A DNA stretch of 54,771 nt from Acidobacteriota bacterium (GTDB taxonomy: Bacteria; Acidobacteriota; HRBIN11). Both the position numbers and the translations under genes were made by a program. A model generated the notes under the pieces. The model ran no database searches, was not told the DNA's origin, and saw only the letters and a list, made by a program, of their open reading frames with translations. Shown one piece after another: positions 11,443 through 19,674 of this stretch; position 1 is the stretch's first letter, and every line of letters starts with the position of its first letter. The stretch lies in contig JAUQPV010000001.1 in NCBI GenBank assembly GCA_030550225.1, positions 1 through 54,771 of the forward strand, given 5' to 3'.

Positions 11443-11701
11443 ATCCAAGCGATGCGGCAGAATTAGACCGACGGCCTCGAGGGCAAAGATACGGCTAAAC
11501 GTCTGGAGACTTATGATTCCATCAACGATCCGACTTCTGTTCTTCAGGAACTTCGGGAGGCCCTGCAATGTCAATGCAAGCGGGGCCGTCACTTTCCGGA
11601 CGATTTCCGTCCCTCCGGGTCCCGACGTCGACCCGGCAGAAGGCGGTAATTTTCCGCTGAACGGATGACAGGACGATGGGACAGCACTTGGAGAGAAGTC
11701 G

Positions 11702-12859
11702 TCACCGAGAGCCGGACGGGCCGGAAGGCCTCGGTACTTTGTCAGCCGTCTCCCCGTCACTTTCTTCCAGGGCGGCGGCGATGCGCTCACCCATCGTGGT
11801 CGTGTCTACGACGGTCGTGCCGGTGGAAGCGATGTCGGGGGTCCGGTATCCAGCGGCCAGGACGGCCGCGACGGCCCGTTCGACGGCTTCGGCCGCTTGG
11901 GGCAAGCCCAGGGAGTAGCGGAGCATGAGAGCGGCCGACAGGATCATCCCGATGGGATTGGCGACGCCTCGGCCGGCGATGTCGGGGGCCGACCCGTGGA
12001 CGGGCTCGTAGAGGCCCAGGCCCGTGCCGTCCCGGCGGCGTCGGCCCAGGCTGGCCGACGGAAGTAAACCGAGGCTCCCCGTCAGGGCGGCCGCCTCGTC
12101 GGTCAGGATGTCGCCGAACATGTTTTCGGTGACGAGGACGTCAAAGTCGGCCGGCCGCCGGACCAACTGCATGGCACAGGTATCGACCAGCATGTGACGG
12201 AGTTCCACGTCGGGATACGCCCGGGCGACTTCCTCGGCGATGGCCCGCCAGAGGCGGCTGGAGGCGAGGACGTTGGCCTTATCGACGCTGGTCAGCCGTC
12301 GGCGCCGCTGGCGAGCCAGCTCGAAGGCGACCCGCAGGACCCGTCGGATTTCCGCTTCCGAATATCGAAGGGTGTCGACGGCCTGGCGGCCCCGGCGATT
12401 CTGCCACTGGCGTTGAGGCCGTCCGAAGTACAGCCCGCCGGTCAGCTCCCGGACGACGATGAAATCGACGTCGCGGGTCACGTCCGGCCGGAGGGGGGAC
12501 GCCTCTTGGAGCCATGGGTAGGTCTGGACGGGCCGAAGGTTGGCGAAGAGGCCGAGACCCTTCCGGAGGGTCAGGAGTCCCTGCTCAGGTCGGACAGGCG
12601 CTCGCGGGTCGTCCCATCGAGGGCCTCCGACGGCGCCCAGGAGGACGGCATGAGCCCGGCGACACCGCTCCAGGGTCTCGGGCCGGAGGGCCACGCCGTA
12701 GCGGTCGATGCAAGCCCCGCCGATGAGGTCTTCATGAAACTCGAAGCGGACGCCGAAACGTCGCTCGACGACCTGGAGGACCCGCAGGGCCTCAGCCATG
12801 ACCTCGGGCCCGATGCCGTCGCCTGGCAGTACGATGATGCGGCAGACGCGTGTCTGCAT
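11702..12859 (-). CDS. leuB: 3-isopropylmalate dehydrogenase
   Basis: [25 protein letters not shown]...[11 protein letters not shown]...[26 protein letters not shown]...[13 protein letters not shown] are LeuB/IDH-family motifs. ATG at 12859 is preferred over the TTG at 12895. Confidence 0.92.
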   Translation of the reverse strand: MQTRVCRIIVLPGDGIGPEVMAEALRVLQVVERRFGVRFEFHEDLIGGACIDRYGVALRPETLERCRRAHAVLLGAVGGPRWDDPRAPVRPEQGLLTLRKGLGLFANLRPVQTYPWLQEASPLRPDVTRDVDFIVVRELTGGLYFGRPQRQWQNRRGRQAVDTLRYSEAEIRRVLRVAFELARQRRRRLTSVDKANVLASSRLWRAIAEEVARAYPDVELRHMLVDTCAMQLVRRPADFDVLVTENMFGDILTDEAAALTGSLGLLPSASLGRRRRDGTGLGLYEPVHGSAPDIAGRGVANPIGMILSAALMLRYSLGLPQAAEAVERAVAAVLAAGYRTPDIASTGTTVVDTTTMGERIAAALEESDGETADKVPRPSGPSGSR

Positions 12860-13190
12860 GGTATCAGGATGCGTGGCACGGAAGGCGAGATACAAGGTAC
12901 AGGATTATGAATTTGAAAAATGGCCGATGAGACGTCGGCCTGGCCTACAGGCCAGAAGCCTCCTTCTATGGCCTGACTCTCCAGCCAACCCCAACGGACC
13001 CGTCGGCGCCGGTACGTTCTCCGAGTTCCTGTCTGCACGTGTTGAATGAGGACCTGTCTCCCTCGGGTGCATCTCGGAGGAAGCGCTCCTCTGCCCAGCC
13101 CCAGGATAAATCAGGTACGACGTCACGTCCGGTACGTCCAAAACGGCTGACCGGCTCATCCGAGTGTCCTCGGACTGGGACATGGCTGCA

Positions 13191-13859
13191 TTATACCAAG
13201 GAGCGCTGAACTGGGTTTCCCATAGAGATAGCCACCTCGACGCCGACGTGCTCCGGACAGTCGACCCGGAGCGTCGCCGGGCCCAGGGGGCGGTCCAGCA
13301 GGGCGCAGTGGTGGGGCGTCGGTGTGCCGGGATGGGCGTCCGGTCGGAAGAACCGACAGGTGAGGCACATCCGGGCGACCGTGATGACGCCGGCCCGCTG
13401 GAGTTCGACGATGAGGCGCATCAGGAAATTCAAGACGGATGTCTTCTCGTCCAGCCCCGCAAAGCTAAGGGAGTCCCGGACAGTGTTGGCCCACGCCGCC
13501 AGGCGACGGGCCAGCCGGCGGCCATCAGGCGTCAGGTCAAGGACGGACGAGCGGCGGTCTGAGACGTCCGGTCGGCGTCGGACCAAGCCCTTTGACTCCA
13601 GGGCACTTACGGCGTCACTGACGGTCGCCTTGGTCAGTCGGAAGGCCTGGGCCAGGCCGCTCACGCGGCGGTGCACCTTGGGTTGATACAGCAGATAACA
13701 CAGGAACTGGACCTGGATAGGACTCAAGCCGTGGGTCTGGCCGACCCGCCAGAGGAGGACCCGGAAGGCCTGGGCCAGACGCTCGAGGGCGGCGACGACC
13801 TTACTGTCGACGTCGTCGTGCTGGAAGGTGAGGTCCCACACGGGGGGACGTTGGGTCAT
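13191..13859 (-). CDS. MarR-family winged-helix regulator with a Cys/His-rich C-terminal domain
   Basis: LSPIQVQFLCYLLYQ...VSGLAQAFRLTKATVSDAVSALESKGLVRRRPDVSDRRSSVLDLTPDG is a MarR wHTH. The C-terminal part carries CLTCRFF...HHCALLD...VDCPEH. The gene is divergent from the cytochrome P460 gene. Confidence 0.8.
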   Translation of the reverse strand: MTQRPPVWDLTFQHDDVDSKVVAALERLAQAFRVLLWRVGQTHGLSPIQVQFLCYLLYQPKVHRRVSGLAQAFRLTKATVSDAVSALESKGLVRRRPDVSDRRSSVLDLTPDGRRLARRLAAWANTVRDSLSFAGLDEKTSVLNFLMRLIVELQRAGVITVARMCLTCRFFRPDAHPGTPTPHHCALLDRPLGPATLRVDCPEHVGVEVAISMGNPVQRSLV

Positions 13860-14416
13860 GGGGACTTTCTCCGCACTGTTCGCAAGATAAGTCGTCGGGC
13901 CGGGTCAGTCAAGCCGCCGGGGCTGTAGGGATGGGAAGGGCCGTCGCATCAGGTCCGAGGCGGCCCTCGGGAAGAGGCGAATCGGCTCGACGGATTTCCT
14001 GCCCCTCGCTTGCGGGCCCTCCCCCGCCGCCACCGCCGGGACTCGATGGCCACCACCTCAGGGTAGACGCCTCCCGCCCACCCGCATCGGGGTCTCGGCG
14101 TACGGCCACCCGCCGCCGAAAACGTCGTCGTGCGCACCCGCCGTCTCGACCGGCGGAACGTCTGGACTTCTCTAACAAACTCCGTGCCATCCGGACGTTT
14201 GGGTTCCCGGACCGCTCGGCCTCACGCTTTCGACCCCCAGACCCCGGGAAGGGCCCTCTCTGCGTGTTTACCCGCATGAACACTTTGTCTAACCGTTTGG
14301 ACAAGCGATGACTCCTGTCTCGACTGAATGAAGTAGGACACCGGAGACGAGTTTAGGGATTTAAACACGTCTTGTTGTTGTCCTCGGGCGGCCAGCTCCT
14401 GGCTTCCTCGGGTTTC

Positions 14417-14445
14417 TTGACAGAGGGGGTGGTGACGGGTATAAT
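14417..14445 (+). promoter_or_regulatory. Consensus sigma-70 promoter (TTGACA-N17-TATAAT) for the cytochrome P460 gene
   Basis: TTGACA at 14417-14422, exactly 17 nt of spacer, then TATAAT at 14440-14445. It lies 34 nt upstream of the ATG at 14479. Confidence 0.7.
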
Positions 14446-14463
14446 AGTTAGGAATCCTAACTA
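14445..14463. promoter_or_regulatory. Perfect 19-bp palindrome (TAGTTAGGA-A-TCCTAACTA) overlapping the -10 and start region; candidate operator
   Basis: The 9-bp arms are exact reverse complements. The palindrome sits between the -10 hexamer and the AGGAGG RBS of the P460 gene. Confidence 0.6.
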
Positions 14464-14478
14464 ATAGGAGGTTCGACG

Positions 14479-14970
14479 ATGCGACACCTGCGTCTCCTGA
14501 CCCTCCTCGGCGGAGGCCTCCTGGCCCTCTCGACCCTCGCCTCCCGACCGACCCCCGCCGCCGACCCCGTCCCCTACCCGGAGGGCTACCGCCGATGGGC
14601 TCACGTCAAGTCCATGGTCATTCAGCCGGGCCACCCCCTCTTCGAGGCCTTCGGCGGCATCCATCACATCTACGCCAACCCCAAGGCCCTCACCGCCTAC
14701 CAAAAAGGCACTCCCTTTCCCGACGGGAGTGTCATCGTCTTCGACCTCCTCGAGGCTAAGACCGAGAATGGTGCCCTCGTCGAGGGTGCCCGCAAGGTCG
14801 TCGGCGTGATGTTCAAGGACCGCAAGCGCTACGCCTCGACGGGCGGTTGGGGATTTGAAGGCTTCAAGGGCGACACCCAGGAGCGGGTCGTCCAAGACAT
14901 GAATCAGTGCTTCGGCTGTCACATGTCGGCCAAAGACACTGACTACGTCTTCAGTCGGTACCGCCCCTAA
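14479..14970 (+). CDS. cytochrome P460 / cytochrome c'-beta family protein (periplasmic, one CxxCH)
   Basis: Signal peptide MRHLRLLTLLGGGLLALSTLA; YPEGYRRWAHVKSMVI...GIHHIYANPKALTAY...FPDGSVIVFDL; a C-terminal CFGCH haem motif. AGGAGG RBS. Confidence 0.75.
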   Translation: MRHLRLLTLLGGGLLALSTLASRPTPAADPVPYPEGYRRWAHVKSMVIQPGHPLFEAFGGIHHIYANPKALTAYQKGTPFPDGSVIVFDLLEAKTENGALVEGARKVVGVMFKDRKRYASTGGWGFEGFKGDTQERVVQDMNQCFGCHMSAKDTDYVFSRYRP

Positions 14971-14985
14971 GCGGTCCTCCCGAGC

Positions 14986-15008
14986 GGCGTCCCGTCCCAT
15001 GGGACGCC
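14986..15008. terminator. Hairpin between the convergent P460 and dnaG genes
   Basis: GGCGTCCC (14986-14993) pairs with GGGACGCC (15001-15008) across a 7-nt loop, followed by a T/C-rich run. The U-tract is weak. Confidence 0.35.
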
Positions 15009-15104
15009 TCCCTCTTCTCTAAGCTGGGAGACACCCCTCTTGGGTTAAAGGTCGGAGTCGGCTCTTTTCAAGATACACATGGTGACGAGGTGGGTGGCCC
15101 GATC

Positions 15105-16949
15105 TCAGGATGGCGAAGACCCCAGGCGGTGGAGACCGGAAGCCCGTTCGAGGTCCATCAGTTCCCGGGTCAGCTCATAGACCTGACGGGCGACGTCAGG
15201 GTCGAGGCGTTCCCGACGGCGGGCCAACTCATTCCGCAAGCGCCGGAAATAGACGATGTGGAGGAGCTCGACGGCCTCGGTGAAGACCCGTTCGTCCCAC
15301 GGAGTCTCATCCCGGAGCAAGTCGTGCACCCAAAGGTTTTCCGGTGGTTCGGAGAACACCTCCAGCAGGAGGGGCCAGTCCACGGTCCGGCCGGCGTACC
15401 AGGCGTCGTAGAGGAATCGCAGGAGGCGATGACTTCGGGCGACCTCCAAGATGGCCTCCCCGACGCGAGCCATGAGCCGCTCGAAGAGGTCGGGCCGTTC
15501 GACTAAACCCCGAAGGATTCCCTTCTCGTAAAACGGCAGAGACGTTCCCTCAGGTGTCCATGTCGGAGAGGTCCAGCTGGGACCTGAGACTCGGGACTCG
15601 CGACTCGATTTCCGATGAAGCCAGCGGAGGAAGTCGGCGTACAACTGGGCGGGTGGCTCGAGGCCCAAGCGGCGGGCGATCTGGAGAGCGGCGTAGTAAC
15701 GGCCCGACTGATGGGGGACACGGGCCAGGAGTTGGAAGAGGGCCTGAAGAGCCTGGCGGTCCTGAATGACGGCGGCGGCCGACCGTTCCCAGCGGGCGTC
15801 GTCCCGCCGCAGGGTCGGCCATTCATCGGGGCTCACGCCGGCATGGCGGGTCATCAGGTAGAACAAGGCGAAGTCCCACCCGTCCATCGCCTCGACGAAG
15901 GCCCGTTCGAGGGCTGGGGGGCCGGCACGCCCGAGGACTTCGGCAGGGTCCTTCCCTCCAGTCCACCGCAGAAAGGACGGCGCAAAGCCGCCGCCGACGA
16001 GTTCGTGGAGGGCCTCCCAGGCGGCCTTTTGGCCCGACTCGTCGGCGTCGAAGCCGACCCACACGCGGTCGGCATGTCGTTGGATCCATCGGACATGGTC
16101 GGCCGTCAGGGCCGTCCCCATCAGGGCGACCGTGTGGGGCCAGCCGTGGAGAGCCATAAGGACAGCGTCGAAGTAGCCCTCGACCAGGACGACGGCCCGC
16201 CGCTGGCGGACCGCCGGGGCAGCCCATCTGAGGCCAAACAGCGTCTGGGATTTCCGAAAAACGGGCGTCTCGGGGCTATTTAGATACTTGGGGACGCCTT
16301 CTTCCAGGGCCCGGCCCGCCAAGGCCACGACCCGCCCGGCCGGGTCGTGAATCGGGAACACGATACGGTTTCGTAAGAGGTCGAACCACCGGCCGTCTCG
16401 CTCGATAAAGAGTCCGCACTGGGCGATGACCCATGTCGGGACGTCGGCTTGCCTGAAATGGTCATACAGGGCTTGGCCATCCGGCGGTGCGTAGCCGAGG
16501 CCATAGGCTTCCCAGGCCGTCTCGGGGACGCCACGACCCTCGAGATAGGCCCGGGCCTCGGCGGCCGCCTCCGTATGAAGGGCCTGTCGGTAAAATCGGT
16601 GAGCCCGGTCCAGGGCCTGAATGAGGGCGGCGACCTGGCGGTCCCGGTCCGTCGTCGGCTCGCCGGGTGGCGGCGGAAGCTTCCAACGTTCTTGAAGCAG
16701 ACGCAGGACGCCCGGAAAGTCCAGATTCTCGGCCGTCTGTAGAAACCGAAAGACGTCCCCGCCCCGGTGGCATCCGAAGCAGAAGAAGCTGTTCGTCTCG
16801 GGAAACACGTAGAAACTCGGCGTCCGTTCCGGATGAAGGGGACAGAGGCCCACCCACCGACGACCCACGCGCCGGAGTTTCGTGTAAGCGCTGAAGACCT
16901 CGATGGGGTCGATGTGCTCACAAAGCCACGTCAGCCATGTACTGGCCAT
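15105..16949 (-). CDS. dnaG: DNA primase
   Basis: CHC2 zinc finger (GLCPLHPERTPSFYVFPETNSFFCFGCHRGGDVFRFL) and TOPRIM region (AVVLVEGYFDAVLMALHGW...VWVGFDADESGQKAA). ATG at 16949 fits the usual distance to the zinc finger; an alternative ATG lies at 16997. Confidence 0.9.
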   Translation of the reverse strand: MASTWLTWLCEHIDPIEVFSAYTKLRRVGRRWVGLCPLHPERTPSFYVFPETNSFFCFGCHRGGDVFRFLQTAENLDFPGVLRLLQERWKLPPPPGEPTTDRDRQVAALIQALDRAHRFYRQALHTEAAAEARAYLEGRGVPETAWEAYGLGYAPPDGQALYDHFRQADVPTWVIAQCGLFIERDGRWFDLLRNRIVFPIHDPAGRVVALAGRALEEGVPKYLNSPETPVFRKSQTLFGLRWAAPAVRQRRAVVLVEGYFDAVLMALHGWPHTVALMGTALTADHVRWIQRHADRVWVGFDADESGQKAAWEALHELVGGGFAPSFLRWTGGKDPAEVLGRAGPPALERAFVEAMDGWDFALFYLMTRHAGVSPDEWPTLRRDDARWERSAAAVIQDRQALQALFQLLARVPHQSGRYYAALQIARRLGLEPPAQLYADFLRWLHRKSSRESRVSGPSWTSPTWTPEGTSLPFYEKGILRGLVERPDLFERLMARVGEAILEVARSHRLLRFLYDAWYAGRTVDWPLLLEVFSEPPENLWVHDLLRDETPWDERVFTEAVELLHIVYFRRLRNELARRRERLDPDVARQVYELTRELMDLERASGLHRLGSSPS

Positions 16950-17052
16950 AGACCCGCCGTCCAAAGATGATGCATAGCGAGTGGCGGACGTCGCCATTCG
17001 CTATCCATGCTATGGCAGGACCGCGCCGGCGTCAAAGGGGCGATGCCCCTTA

Positions 17053-17265
17053 GATGCGAATTGCGAATTGCGGATTGCGGATTGGGGAGTCCGGATCGGG
17101 TAGACGGGAGCCCTTCGGGACCCCGAGAGTCGTCCCGACGTCTCTCTTGTCGGACGCCGCCAGTAACGGGGGCGTCGAAAACTCGGAACGCCGGCTGTCA
17201 TGCGGACGTCCTCTCCGTCGTCCGCTTGAAGGATCCACTTACCCCATTCGCAATCTGCGAATGGA
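17053..17265. repeat. Inverted repeat with tandem-heptamer arms (GCGAATT/GCGGATT type) in the dnaG-hfq spacer
   Basis: Left arm 17053-17087 is gatGCGAATTGCGAATTGCGGATTGCGGATTgggg. The right arm at about 17242-17265 (ccccattcgcaatctgcgaatgg) is an imperfect reverse complement. The loop is about 150 nt. The unit matches the 4.5 kb locus. Confidence 0.75.
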
Positions 17266-17327
17266 TTTGCCTTTTCACGTCTTCCGACCCAAAATAGAGA
17301 AGATGCATCCCGATGAGGAGGCTCTTT

Positions 17328-17633
17328 ATGGTGGCCCAGCAGAGCGGCGGGCCGGGTGTGCCCGGAGGGCGTCCGCCTCAGATGCGGCCCAAGCCGGCTC
17401 CGCGCCCGGGAGGCGGATATCCAGCCATCGGCGGTCCCCAGTTCGGCTTTAATAGCTTAGTGCGTCAGGCGATCGAGACCCGGAAGGCTGTCATCCTGGA
17501 GCTCATGACGGGGGAGACCCTTCAAGTCACCTTGCTTCGGGAAGACCAGTTTACGCTGACGGTCCTCCTGAAGGACGAGATCCGCATCGTTTACAAACAC
17601 GGGATCAAGCAGTTGATCTTTACCAAAGAATGA
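17328..17633 (+). CDS. hfq: Hfq-like Sm-fold RNA chaperone with a Pro/Gly-rich N-terminal extension
   Basis: The core FNSLVRQAIETRKAVILELMTGETLQVTLLREDQFTLTVLLKDEIRIVYKHGIKQLIF aligns with the Hfq Sm1/Sm2 motifs (...V.I.L..G..L.G.I..FD.F...L......VYKHAIS...). GAGGAGG lies 5 nt before the ATG at 17328; an alternative ATG is at 17313. Confidence 0.7.
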   Translation: MVAQQSGGPGVPGGRPPQMRPKPAPRPGGGYPAIGGPQFGFNSLVRQAIETRKAVILELMTGETLQVTLLREDQFTLTVLLKDEIRIVYKHGIKQLIFTKE

Positions 17634-17655
17634 GGCCAGGTAGGGGCTTGAGGGC

Positions 17656-18660
17656 TCAATCCAACGCTCGATAAAATCCCCACGTAGCGTCCCAAAGTGA
17701 TTTCCAGGCCCACCATGCACGCCCGAGGGGGGTGTCTGTCTCGACGTGCGTCAGGACGGGGACTTCCACGAAGCGGACAGTCGGTGACTGCCAGGCCTGC
17801 GCCAGACGTCGAGACTCTTCGATAGGAATGGCGGGGTCGGCTGGACTGTGCAGGATCCACGTCGGTACGTTCCAGGGGCGGATGACATGGGCAATCGGGG
17901 AGAGTTCCCGAAGCACGGCCTGAAAGTCTGGCGGGGTCTGCCGGCACCAAGCTGAGACCTCTTCGACCGACTGACAGGCCCACAGGCGTTCGGCTTGATG
18001 CCGGATCGTCTCCTCCGACCATCCGTGAGTCCGGCCCCATCCTTCTAAGGCTTGGCGGACGGCCGACCGGACGCTGGCCGTGTCCCATCCGTACAAGCGC
18101 TCACCGAGGAGGCCGACGGCCATCAAGCGGCAGGCGTCGGCGTAGGCCCCAACGGTCGCCACGGCCCGCAGGCGGGGCCATGAAGGTTCGGACCCAAGAG
18201 CCCGCAAGGCCGGACCGGCTCCGACACTGATGCCCACCAAGGCCCACGCCGGACATCGACCCTCTACTTCCTGAAACAGCCGTTTCATTTGGGGGACGAC
18301 CTGGGGGTCGAATCGAAATTCAGCCAGAGCAGGGACATGAGGCACGTAGGCGTCCAATCCGCTCCAGGCCAGAGCCCGGGCGAAGTCCTCCAGGCGGGGG
18401 TCGTCTTTGCCGTCCGGTGTGAGGCCGTGGACGACGACGACGCAGGGCCGGCCCGGGGGGGCCGTGTGGGAGAACCAGTGGTCCACGGCCCATCCGCCGG
18501 CCATCGAGAGGGTCTCTACGCCGACCGGGAGCGGGGCCGACGCCGAGGACCACAGGCCCCACATCAAGGCCAGGGCCGGTAGGACCGTCCGCATCCCCCA
18601 GAGGACCAGGCCATAAGCGACGACCCCGAGTCCGATCCAAGCGAACCGACGATACGCCAT
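17656..18660 (-). CDS. alpha/beta-hydrolase fold protein with an N-terminal membrane anchor
   Basis: Nucleophile elbow GISVGAG. CVVVVHGLTPDGKDDPRL resembles an oxyanion-region strand. A hydrophobic N-terminus follows MAYRRFAWIGLGVVAYGLVLWG. The longer ORF start at 18759 reads through the heptamer repeat at 18679-18720. Confidence 0.6.
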   Translation of the reverse strand: MAYRRFAWIGLGVVAYGLVLWGMRTVLPALALMWGLWSSASAPLPVGVETLSMAGGWAVDHWFSHTAPPGRPCVVVVHGLTPDGKDDPRLEDFARALAWSGLDAYVPHVPALAEFRFDPQVVPQMKRLFQEVEGRCPAWALVGISVGAGPALRALGSEPSWPRLRAVATVGAYADACRLMAVGLLGERLYGWDTASVRSAVRQALEGWGRTHGWSEETIRHQAERLWACQSVEEVSAWCRQTPPDFQAVLRELSPIAHVIRPWNVPTWILHSPADPAIPIEESRRLAQAWQSPTVRFVEVPVLTHVETDTPLGRAWWAWKSLWDATWGFYRALD

Positions 18661-18940
18661 CGGCCCATCCTCAAGCATATGGCGAACAGCGAACGCCAAA
18701 TGGCGAATAGCAAACGGCGACCTATCTGCCGACCTGCCCACCCCTATCCCATCCGGCACCTTCGGGAGGGGAGCCGCAAAGGAACGAATCGATGGAGTCC
18801 TACCTCATCAACAAGGATAAACAAGGATAAACGGCCAGCTGGGTATCGCCTTTGCGTCCGAGGAAGCTTATACTACAATGGACACTCGGCCGCTTCCAAG
18901 GCCCCTGTCGGGAAGGACAGGCCGAGACCGGGTGGAGACG

Positions 18941-19510
18941 ATGCTCAAAAAGGACACTTTGGTGGACCTGTTTGAGAATCCTTACTTCCAAGAAGTGCTG
19001 GATCAGGCCTTGCGTCAGATCGTCGCCCTGCGGTCGGACCGACGACCCTTTCAGCTCCTCATCGAGTTTCTTCAGTCGGCCAACGTAGACTTCGACTGGG
19101 AGCAGTTTCAAGCCCTGGCCCAACGGAATGCCCGCTGGTATTTGGTCAACTCGGAGCCCTTTCTGAAGGAGCTGGCGGCGACCCTCGAGGAAATGCAGGG
19201 TTGCAAGAACTCGTGGACTTCTATGAACTGCGCGGTCGTACTGTCCAGCGGGACACCCAAACTGGAAGTGTCGGCTCGCTCCGGCTTGCGGGAAATATTC
19301 ACGATGCGGGATAACTTTGATAACTGGCTCCGCTTCGTCAACAACATCTTGGAGACGATGGCCAGCACGCTGAATCAGCAGGTATGGATGCCATCCGAGG
19401 CTGAGCAACTCGTTACTTGGGACGAACTCCTGAATCAGACCGAGCAATGGCTGGAGGCCATCAAGAGCGCCCTCCAGCAGTGGCACAACCGATACAACAG
19501 CAAGCAGTAA
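18941..19510 (+). CDS. hypothetical all-helical protein in a lower-GC patch (no family recognised)
   Basis: The ATG at 18941 (MLKKDTLVDLFENPYFQEVL...) is preceded by GGTGGAG. The frame is open to 19510. Composition is clearly less GC-rich than neighbouring genes. The listed start at 18878 is less likely. Confidence 0.5.
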   Translation: MLKKDTLVDLFENPYFQEVLDQALRQIVALRSDRRPFQLLIEFLQSANVDFDWEQFQALAQRNARWYLVNSEPFLKELAATLEEMQGCKNSWTSMNCAVVLSSGTPKLEVSARSGLREIFTMRDNFDNWLRFVNNILETMASTLNQQVWMPSEAEQLVTWDELLNQTEQWLEAIKSALQQWHNRYNSKQ

Positions 19511-19674
19511 GGTAAGGCGTCGGGTCAGGTGCTGAAGGACGGAGGGCCTCATCGGTCATGGGGCGAAAGACGGGTAGCGGGCCGACGACGTACCGTTGCG
19601 CCGCTCGCTACTCGCCATGGGCCATCCCCTCCTACGCGCCACGAGTCACGGCCCACGAACTCCTCTATCGCTTG

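Noticed and set aside
13950-13990. caggtccgaggcggccctcggg as a possible SRP (4.5S) RNA core. I also looked for RNase P RNA conserved boxes in the 13.9-14.4 kb spacer.
   Set aside because: The conserved SRP motif (AGGUCCGGAAGGAAGCAGCC-like symmetric loop) and the RNase P CR-I/CR-IV/CR-V boxes are not present on either strand.
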